The notes under the pieces: model-generated
Database searches by the model: none
Told to the model about the DNA's origin: nothing
What the model saw: the letters and a program-made list of their open reading frames with translations, nothing else
Shown here: positions 57,433 through 64,000 of the stretch, in pieces
Position numbering within the stretch: position 1 is the first letter of the stretch
How the letters are laid out: every line of letters starts with the position of its first letter
Made by a program: the position numbers and the translations under genes
Source: a virus
Taxonomy: Duplodnaviria > Caudoviricetes
Length of the DNA: 64,000 nucleotides
Reading direction: 5' to 3' (one strand)
Virus record (IMG/VR): IMGVR_UViG_3300005611_000002
Span: 96,001-160,000 of that record

Positions 57433-59229
57433 ATGGCTGAAGAAATTGTAGATCGCCTCAAAGCCGAAGGGCAACTGATTCGTAATACTGGTACGAACTC
57501 GATTCGAGCTGTTCGCATACAATTGGATAGGTTCGAAGAAATCTTTGAAACTATCTCTGAAAACATTTCCGCTCAGACACAGATGATGGCGAGTATGCTT
57601 GACGTTTCCGCGGATCAACTCAAGATAAGTGAAGAAACTGCTGAGAGAGAAGAAGCTCGTAGGCAAAGAGAAGAATTAGCTGAAGATCAGACAACGACAC
57701 CTTCACCAGATACTACAAGAGATGATTTACCGGATAAGAAAACTCGCGAAAGTAGAGGTTTATTTGATTTATTGAGAGGCGGCACCGGATTTCTAAATAA
57801 ACTTTTAATGGGTGCTCTGTTTGCTGGTGGCGTTTATGCTTTAGGTAATGTATTTAAGGGTTTTATTGATGCGAAAATAGGTGAAAGTGAATTTACTAAA
57901 GGCCTAGCCTCTGCAATCAATTGGACTGCAATAGGTTCTATTTTTGGATTAAAGTTTGGACTTTTACTTGGAGCAGGCAATATATTATCTAATATATTTG
58001 ATTTGCCTGAAGTAACAAAAAAGATTGGAGACGCATTTGGTAAAGAATTTACTGATAATCAAGCAGAAGGAATTGGAACTGCACTTGGTGCTGCGTTAAC
58101 AGCTGCTTGGTTAAAAAAAGGCGGTCTTAGATTCAAAATTATTGGAGCTCTTATAGTTGCTACAGAACTTCTAGGAAACAATATGAAAGATTGGTTAATA
58201 GACCAGGCTGGAGTAAATCCTGATTGGGCTAACACTACAGTCGATGTTGCTACTCTTGGAATACAGGGAGCTCTTGCTGGTCTTGGCATCGCCGGGGTGG
58301 TTGGAATGGCTGCTATTCCAGCACTCATAGCTGGTGGTGTTGCTGGTTTGGCAGTTGGAATTGGTATAGCGGCAAAAAAATGGCTGGATAAAAAAGCTAA
58401 AACAGAATTAGAAGGGTTCAATGCAGCTTTAGATAAAGCTTTTGAAAGCGGAAATCCACAAGATGTTTTAGATGCAATGATTGCTAAAAACCGCGCGGCG
58501 GCGGCAGCGGAAAGAGCTTCAGTTCAAGCACAGGATAATTATGAAAGAGAAATACAAACGAGAAAAGCAGAGCTTCAATCCGCAATGGAAAGGGCCGCAG
58601 CTCAGGAAATTGAAGGAGAAGGGCTTGTAACTAGAAAACTTGGTCAAATTCAAGCCGCGGAGGATTTTAAAAGTGGAGCATCAAAGTATAATTCACTTAT
58701 TACTGCTTTAGGCGCTATAGCAAGATCTGATATAACACAAGATATTGCTAAAGACCTTGGAAAGGAAGGTTTAAGTTCGTTTTTAGAACAGACTTTAGAT
58801 GAAATAATTAGAAATAATCCAGATTTAAGAACTGATAATGAAACGCGTGAAAAAGTTATAAGCAAAGTTCTGTCTGATTATAGTTTCAGAAGAGGTACTA
58901 AAGGTTTCCAAGACTTTGGCGACGCATCATTCGCAATACTCCATGGCCGTGAAGCAGTTGTACCGGAAGAAACTCCTGCCGGTAGATTTCTCAATCAATA
59001 CTTTACAAACGAATGGATGCCAAAAATGGCGCCGTCTTCTGATCTCGCAGATCGAGTATCTACTGCAGCTGGAGGTATAATCAATATGCCGGTCATAGTC
59101 AACAATTCGCCGACAGTAGCACCAGTAGTGAATAACGTACAAGGCGGGCCAAATGTTACCAGTACAAATGTATTCGGTTCTGGTGGAAGCCGTTCTGGAA
59201 CATTCGGTTTATCTAACGCTATAAACTAA
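57433..59229 (+). CDS. tape measure / gp29-like hub protein
   Basis: Follows gp26-gp51; coiled-coil, Gly/Ala-rich hydrophobic helices, LHG.EAVVP motif. Confidence 0.7.
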   Translation: MAEEIVDRLKAEGQLIRNTGTNSIRAVRIQLDRFEEIFETISENISAQTQMMASMLDVSADQLKISEETAEREEARRQREELAEDQTTTPSPDTTRDDLPDKKTRESRGLFDLLRGGTGFLNKLLMGALFAGGVYALGNVFKGFIDAKIGESEFTKGLASAINWTAIGSIFGLKFGLLLGAGNILSNIFDLPEVTKKIGDAFGKEFTDNQAEGIGTALGAALTAAWLKKGGLRFKIIGALIVATELLGNNMKDWLIDQAGVNPDWANTTVDVATLGIQGALAGLGIAGVVGMAAIPALIAGGVAGLAVGIGIAAKKWLDKKAKTELEGFNAALDKAFESGNPQDVLDAMIAKNRAAAAAERASVQAQDNYEREIQTRKAELQSAMERAAAQEIEGEGLVTRKLGQIQAAEDFKSGASKYNSLITALGAIARSDITQDIAKDLGKEGLSSFLEQTLDEIIRNNPDLRTDNETREKVISKVLSDYSFRRGTKGFQDFGDASFAILHGREAVVPEETPAGRFLNQYFTNEWMPKMAPSSDLADRVSTAAGGIINMPVIVNNSPTVAPVVNNVQGGPNVTSTNVFGSGGSRSGTFGLSNAIN

Positions 59230-59262
59230 AAGAGTCAACCAGCTGACCACCAGTTGACTCTT
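59230..59262. terminator. hairpin between convergent genes (probable bidirectional terminator)
   Basis: aagagtcaac ... gttgactctt 10-bp inverted repeat right after the tape-measure stop. Confidence 0.6.
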
Positions 59263-59311
59263 GATGTTTGATATAGGATACTACCAAAAGTAGGTTAGTG
59301 TTGACTACCGA

Positions 59312-59767
59312 TCAACTGGTTGACTCTGTGAGCAACTCAGCATCCAACTGCCGTCCAATCGGTATCTTTTTCGGTTTCTTCTCTTCTGGGATGACATTCT
59401 GAAGTCGCACCGTCAGCATGCCCTGATGAAGTGACACACCTTCGACTTGAATGGTATCCGCGAGAGTAAACTTGCGAACAAAACTTCTTGCTGCGATGCC
59501 GCGATGCAGATAGTCAGGAACTTCATCAGCTTCTTTTACTTCTGCTTGAATAGTCAGAACTCCATCGTGAAGTTCGATGTCAAAGTCTTCTTCATCAAAA
59601 CCAGCGACAGCGAGCTCAATCAAATACGAGTCGTCTCCAGTTTTGATGAGATTGTATGGAGGATAATTTGTTGCAGTTCCAGTATTTTGCAACTTATTGA
59701 TCAGACTATCAAATCCAATGAAAAATGGATCGTTGAGAAGGTCTGTATTAAATCTACGTGTATTCAT
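59312..59767 (-). CDS. hsp20: small heat shock protein Hsp20 (IbpA-like)
   Basis: NYPPYNLIK, IELAVAGF, YLHRGIA.R.F.R.F.LAD, G.L...L...PEEKKP..I.I. Confidence 0.95.
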   Translation of the reverse strand: MNTRRFNTDLLNDPFFIGFDSLINKLQNTGTATNYPPYNLIKTGDDSYLIELAVAGFDEEDFDIELHDGVLTIQAEVKEADEVPDYLHRGIAARSFVRKFTLADTIQVEGVSLHQGMLTVRLQNVIPEEKKPKKIPIGRQLDAELLTESTS

Positions 59768-59851
59768 GTCTTGTCTCCTTGTTTAAGCGAGTTTATATTA
59801 TGCCGTCATTTGACCGGCGAGTAATTGAGAACCCTATCGGCGTTCTCGTAG
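59764..59851 (-). promoter_or_regulatory. ROSE-like RNA thermometer in the hsp20 5' UTR
   Basis: Two upstream hairpins, then CUCGCUU-aaac-AAGGAG, in which UCGCU pairs with the SD leaving a bulged G. Confidence 0.7.
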
Positions 59852-59859
59852 TATTTATA
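59852..59859 (-). promoter_or_regulatory. T4 late promoter TATAAATA
   Basis: Exact consensus directly before the hsp20 leader. Confidence 0.75.
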
Positions 59860-59879
59860 TAATCATCTTTGAGAAAATG

Positions 59880-60116
59880 TCAACCCCCTACGTAATTTTT
59901 TGGGCGATACCACACCTTTTGATTGTGTATTTTACCAAGAAGGTCATGTATTTTTCGCATTTTGTTCTCGGTTCTTTGTATCGAAAGTTCATCTCTCATG
60001 ATACTTTCGGAATACATCAATTTGTGATCAGCGAGTTTTTTCAATTCGCTTCTCAAGGCGTTTTTGATGAGTTCAATATCATTAATGTCAAGCCTGAAAG
60101 TTTTGTTCGGACTCAT
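59880..60116 (-). CDS. hypothetical protein
   Basis: 78 aa with good SD (GAGGTG), same strand as neighbours. Confidence 0.65.
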   Translation of the reverse strand: MSPNKTFRLDINDIELIKNALRSELKKLADHKLMYSESIMRDELSIQRTENKMRKIHDLLGKIHNQKVWYRPKNYVGG

Positions 60117-60183
60117 AGCACCTCACATGCAAAGATCTTCATAATGAATCGTGTAAGCTCGATGCTCACTACGATCTACGGTT

Positions 60184-60789
60184 TTATTGCTCATTAAGTT
60201 CATCAGCCATTTCATGATTTCTATCCCTATGTCCAGCTTCATCTTCTCTTACTACAATTACTACATCACGTAGTGTTGCGTCTTTCGGTAATTTCCAATA
60301 ATCAATCGCAATCTGCGGAGCAGGAACGTTCTCGATCTTGCCACTGTCAATTTCAGAAAGAAACTCGGTGTATGAACGGACAGCCTCTTCTTCGAAGTAA
60401 CCAATGATACGATGTGCAGTCTTTGGAAAGAAAAAGTATATGATTGCGTAAAATGCTACAAAAAATGCTTGGGCTATCAATATGATAAGACGCTCAAGTA
60501 AATTTGGTTTTGCTAATTCGACAAACGTCATGAGGTGCATGCGTTCGTTATCTGCTTCATCGAGTAGTTCTTTGATCCAACCGCGGTCATCTTCCATACG
60601 GCGAAGAGACTTCAGATGTAATCCAGCTCCTGCAACCATTCCTGGAACTGCAGCTACAGTTTCTAGAACCACAGCACGATGTCCATATCTTTTTTTGAAA
60701 AATGTATCTGCAACAAAGCGAAGGGCCTTTGTGAAGCCCAACGCGATCCTGTCAGAAACATCCTTTGGAACGTGATGTTTCTCTGTCAT
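60184..60789 (-). CDS. aox: alternative oxidase (di-iron ubiquinol oxidase)
   Basis: [34 protein letters not shown]: all four iron-ligand motifs, with AOX-type rather than PTOX-type signatures. Confidence 0.93.
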   Translation of the reverse strand: MTEKHHVPKDVSDRIALGFTKALRFVADTFFKKRYGHRAVVLETVAAVPGMVAGAGLHLKSLRRMEDDRGWIKELLDEADNERMHLMTFVELAKPNLLERLIILIAQAFFVAFYAIIYFFFPKTAHRIIGYFEEEAVRSYTEFLSEIDSGKIENVPAPQIAIDYWKLPKDATLRDVVIVVREDEAGHRDRNHEMADELNEQ

Positions 60790-60792
60790 GTA

Positions 60793-61014
60793 TCAATCCT
60801 TTTTGGAAACGAATGAATACATTTCTTTCGCTTTTGCCATTAACTCATCCATAGAATACATCTTATAAGCTTCTTGGACCTCTTCGTATGTTTTTTTACC
60901 TTGCTCGTACATATCATTCATAAGCTGCACATTTAAATTGTGTTGCGCATCCATGTAATCTTTAGCAAGCTTAAGCATATCTGCTCTAATTTCAAAAGGG
61001 TTCTTGTTAGTCAT
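60793..61014 (-). CDS. hypothetical phage protein
   Basis: Likely start MTNKNPFEIR at 61014 (SD AGGAG); ends AKEMYSFVS. Confidence 0.7.
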   Translation of the reverse strand: MTNKNPFEIRADMLKLAKDYMDAQHNLNVQLMNDMYEQGKKTYEEVQEAYKMYSMDELMAKAKEMYSFVSKKD

Positions 61015-61072
61015 TGTAGTTCTCCTGTGTTGTGTGTAAAGTATTGGAGTAACGCATACCATTGCGAAACTC

Positions 61073-61591
61073 CTATTCGCCAGTACTTCCGAAACCGCCT
61101 TCGCGGTCCGTTTTCTGAGTGGGCGCCTCAGAAATCTCTTCAAAGATGTAGTAGTTTGTTCTTTCTAACATTGCTTGAGCGATACGATCACCTTGAGTAA
61201 TTGTGATAGGCCCATCTGATGTGTTATAAAGTAATACGTGTGTTTCGTGAATGAAGTCACTGTCAACTACACCGACACCATTTGCTAGCATCAGACCTTT
61301 CTTCAAAGCAGTTCCTGACCGCGCATAAACCTTGAGTACGTGATCTGGTTCAATATCAAAGATCAGACCTGTTGGCATCATGACTCGATAACCAGGATGC
61401 ACCTGAATACCGAGTTTCCCGCCGTAGTTCTTGACTGGAACCTCGACTTCTTTATTCCAAGGATTATATGTTTTGACCTTTGTATTTGGAGTGAAGCAAG
61501 CTTTCAAGTCAAAGCAAGCCGATCCTTGAGTTGCAAATTGTGGAATTTCAGCATAATCATTTGTCTTATAGACTTTCAAAGATGGTGTCAT
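61073..61591 (-). CDS. dut: dUTPase (trimeric)
   Basis: GSACFDL, PTGL, RSG, GVVDSDF, GDRIAQ, REGGFGSTG. Confidence 0.95.
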   Translation of the reverse strand: MTPSLKVYKTNDYAEIPQFATQGSACFDLKACFTPNTKVKTYNPWNKEVEVPVKNYGGKLGIQVHPGYRVMMPTGLIFDIEPDHVLKVYARSGTALKKGLMLANGVGVVDSDFIHETHVLLYNTSDGPITITQGDRIAQAMLERTNYYIFEEISEAPTQKTDREGGFGSTGE

Positions 61592-62007
61592 TATTTACGT
61601 GTTCCTATGTTGTATTTAGCACAGAGTTCCCAGGTACCTTTTTCTTTGTGAGAAAGTACCTTGATTTGATTGAGAGGAGCAATTGGATCTTGAACCTTCG
61701 AAGATTGAATGACTTCAATTAGACCCCACTCTTCAAGTAGATTTACAATTGTATTTCGTCTTGCTTTATCTTCATACGCAAACGTATTTTCTTTACCGTC
61801 AAGTATGAATAACTCTTTGAAATGAAGAATTGCATACCGACCTTGCTTGTGTAAGATATGACAAGATTGATAGAGTTTTCGGTCTTTTCGAGAAGCAATT
61901 CCAATGCGTGTAAGTGTCTCTTTGACCTTTAGAAAATTGTCAGGTTCGGGTAGTCGGATCTCTACTCCGACTCCTCTGAAAATATCTGTTCCCATAACGC
62001 GTTTCAC
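61591..62007 (-). CDS. regA: translational repressor RegA
   Basis: FLKVKETLTRIGIAS, LYQSCHILHKQGRY.I.HFKELF.LDG, KYNIG; start may be ATG 61995. Confidence 0.96.
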   Translation of the reverse strand: MKRVMGTDIFRGVGVEIRLPEPDNFLKVKETLTRIGIASRKDRKLYQSCHILHKQGRYAILHFKELFILDGKENTFAYEDKARRNTIVNLLEEWGLIEVIQSSKVQDPIAPLNQIKVLSHKEKGTWELCAKYNIGTRK

Positions 62008-62059
62008 CTTTATTTTTATTGTTATTCATGGTGTTTTCTTCATAGAGATTACACGTTGA

Positions 62060-62067
62060 TATTTATA
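62060..62067 (-). promoter_or_regulatory. T4 late promoter TATAAATA upstream of regA
   Basis: Exact consensus in the gp62-regA gap, followed by an A-rich leader. Confidence 0.65.
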
Positions 62068-62070
62068 AAA

Positions 62071-62475
62071 TCACTTATTGACACCGCCAGTTTCCATTTT
62101 GGCATGGACCTTCTTCAGATCTTCTTTTGATAGAGCTTTGAGAAAAAGCTTGGCAACAGTACGATTGCAAGAATATACATGTTGAATGGTATCAAGGTCC
62201 TTGTCTTTATCGGCTTTGTGCCATTTTGAGAACCGTTTGCGTGGACGAAGAACAGATCGGTAATAATCAAACTGTGCACGTGGAAACAAGTGAGCTCTTT
62301 GATTCATCTCGTTCGCGTGCAATATTGTGTCGTCAAAGAAAGAAAAACCACGATTTACGATGTAGGCGTTGTATTCTTTTTCAGTCATTTCTGGGTGTTC
62401 TGATTCTCCAATCAGATCTTTCTTGCTGTGAGATACAGCATTCATGAAGTCAAATGGTGTATGTTCTTTTGTCAA
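62071..62475 (-). CDS. gp62: clamp loader small subunit
   Basis: PFDFMN, Y..YIVNRGFS...DT...ANEMN, RKRFSKW.K, GG end. Confidence 0.92.
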   Translation of the reverse strand: MTKEHTPFDFMNAVSHSKKDLIGESEHPEMTEKEYNAYIVNRGFSFFDDTILHANEMNQRAHLFPRAQFDYYRSVLRPRKRFSKWHKADKDKDLDTIQHVYSCNRTVAKLFLKALSKEDLKKVHAKMETGGVNK

Positions 62476-62644
62476 TATCTTTCTCCACGTATTCAGCTAA
62501 TTCATCAAATTCTTGAGCGCATGGAGGGCACGCGTAAGTTTTATGCATGCCCTCGGCAGTATTCATGTTGATCGTGAATGCTTTTTTCTTTCTGGTCTTT
62601 CTTTGACAGAATACGCATTTCACTTTTTGATCACGAAAGAACAT
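62450..62644 (-). CDS. small zinc-ribbon-like protein
   Basis: CVFC ... CPPC; 64 aa between gp44 and gp62. Confidence 0.55.
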   Translation of the reverse strand: MFFRDQKVKCVFCQRKTRKKKAFTINMNTAEGMHKTYACPPCAQEFDELAEYVEKDIDKRTYTI

Positions 62645-62645
62645 A

Positions 62646-63602
62646 TTACTTGAACGAACACTCGATGAGGATTTCGGTCAAGAATGCGACCAAATTGATT
62701 TCAGCATCAGCCACAAAGTTTGCCTTGTACATATAGTCCGCCAACGTTACACAGAACCCAGGCATACTTTTGTGTTCAATCTTGTCAGTTGCAGCATCAT
62801 AGATACGGCGGAACATTTCATTCATGTCTTGATCACTATTCGCAGCGACCCACTTGCGCATCTCGGTAAAGTTCTTGTTCTTGAGAAGTACAAAAAGTTC
62901 GTCGATACTTTCCTGTTTTAGATTGACGAAGATACCCTCGTCGATACTACCAGAAGCAGCATAAGACTGCAACTCAGTCAGTACTCGACGAAAATCTGGA
63001 AAGTGGCGTTCAATGACTTTTGCAACAACTTTTTGATCGTAGTCAACATTTTCATTGTTGAGAATTGCAATCACACGCTTGAAGAATTGAGCTGCGAGTT
63101 TTGGCTTGTCCCCGTTTTCGATGCTGAAGTCAACTTCGGAAAGTCGAGAACGAAGCGGTTCAATCATTCGATTCTTGAAGTTACAGGTAAAGATGAAACC
63201 GCAGTTTTTCGAGTATTCTTCGATAAAGTTACGAAGAGCAGGTTGAACATTCGCTGCATTCAGATAATCGGCTTCGTCGAAGATTACATATTTACGTCCA
63301 CCAGAAAATGAAACAGCAGATGCGAAACTTGAGATTTCATATCGGAGTGTATCAATACCGACATTCAATGAACCGTTCTTTACGATGTAATCACAGCCAA
63401 GTTCTTCTAGCATGGCCTTGGCGATGGTAGTTTTACCAACACCAGGACCCCCTGCTAGCAATAAGTTTGGAACACTTCCATCTGCTACAAACTTCTTGAA
63501 TGTATTTTTGGTGCGTTGAGGTAGAATAGTATCTTCAATAACACGAGGACGATACTTCTCTACCCACAACACTTCATCAGTTTTATAATCAATAGTCATC
63601 AC
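62646..63602 (-). CDS. gp44: clamp loader large subunit (AAA+)
   Basis: WVEKYRP, GGPGVGKTT, DEAD, SR, FPDFRR. Confidence 0.96.
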   Translation of the reverse strand: MMTIDYKTDEVLWVEKYRPRVIEDTILPQRTKNTFKKFVADGSVPNLLLAGGPGVGKTTIAKAMLEELGCDYIVKNGSLNVGIDTLRYEISSFASAVSFSGGRKYVIFDEADYLNAANVQPALRNFIEEYSKNCGFIFTCNFKNRMIEPLRSRLSEVDFSIENGDKPKLAAQFFKRVIAILNNENVDYDQKVVAKVIERHFPDFRRVLTELQSYAASGSIDEGIFVNLKQESIDELFVLLKNKNFTEMRKWVAANSDQDMNEMFRRIYDAATDKIEHKSMPGFCVTLADYMYKANFVADAEINLVAFLTEILIECSFK

Positions 63603-63626
63603 GACTCCATAATATAGTAAATAAGA

Positions 63627-63839
63627 TTATTCAGCAGGTGTTTCTTCAGTGGTTTCTGTTTCTTCCTCTTTTGGCATATTTGCTTTTACGAAGGTTTCAA
63701 TCTTGTCTCGAATAGTGCCAACTGTTGCAAGCTCACTACCTTCAAAAGAACCTCTTTTAGTACACGTATCAATAATGTTGACCATAAGTGCGAGATCATT
63801 AAGTGAGATACCTTCTTGTTGTTCAGCTTCTTGAGTCAC
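63627..63839 (-). CDS. hypothetical phage protein
   Basis: DL......ID....RG.F.G.EL..VG..R; probable GTG start at 63839 with SD AAGGAG. Confidence 0.65.
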   Translation of the reverse strand: MTQEAEQQEGISLNDLALMVNIIDTCTKRGSFEGSELATVGTIRDKIETFVKANMPKEEETETTEETPAE

Positions 63840-63840
63840 A

Positions 63841-64000
63841 TTAGTCTCCTTTTTTGAAGGTAGATTTTGTATCGATGCCGACAAAATATGTTACATCGTC
63901 ACCTTTGAACTCAGAAATACCCTTGGCGCAAAGAGTTACGTGATAGTCTCCAGGCAGAAGTTTGAGATTGTCAGTCTTGACAATGATGGTAAATTCATCC
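63841..64000 (-). CDS. gp45: sliding clamp, C-terminal part
   Basis: Manually translated: DEFTIIVKTDNLKLLPGDYHVTLCAKGISEFKGDDVTYFVGIDTKSTFKKGD*. NLKL.PGDY motif; synteny with gp44. Confidence 0.88.
   Translation of the reverse strand, partial: DEFTIIVKTDNLKLLPGDYHVTLCAKGISEFKGDDVTYFVGIDTKSTFKKGD

Noticed and set aside
60793-61143. Full 116-aa ORF as given in the track
   Set aside because: The 5' extension overlaps dUTPase; a strong SD supports the start at 61014.
1-64000. tRNA or rRNA genes
   Set aside because: None recognised by eye, and intergenic gaps are short; tRNAscan-SE would be needed to exclude them.

Overview
This is a 64 kb segment of a large T4-like myovirus genome. The host is probably an aquatic heterotrophic proteobacterium, inferred from the AOX and the hsp20 with a ROSE-type thermometer. 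The core virion module covers head and packaging (gp21 5' stub, gp20, gp17, gp16), tail and neck (gp19, gp18, gp15-13), baseplate (gp8, 7, 6, 25, 5, 53, 48), and gp4, gp2, gp54, gp26, gp51 and a tape-measure-like gene. It is followed by hsp20, an alternative oxidase, dUTPase, regA, gp62, gp44 and the 3' end of gp45. A ~24 kb accessory island lies between gp13 and the baseplate genes (11.3-35 kb). It holds two collagen-like (G-X-Q) fibres, three RCC1-type propeller genes built from 20 near-identical repeats with hypervariable loops, and fibre chaperones. It also holds a 15-gene, late-promoter-driven modification operon: ADP-heptose enzymes, GT9/GT25/GT32-like glycosyltransferases, 2OG-Fe(II) oxygenase-like proteins, methyltransferases and a sulfotransferase. 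Main unusual signals: (i) a putative virion-fibre decoration system; (ii) the variable propeller array; (iii) three homing-endonuclease sites, each preceded by a 20-25 codon copy of the neighbouring essential gene's 5' end; (iv) two consensus sigma70 promoters firing antisense into the island; (v) a -1 slippery site between gp26 and gp51; (vi) a split gp53; (vii) a gp5 with a C-terminal lytic transglycosylase. All calls come from motif recognition and synteny; no database search was run.
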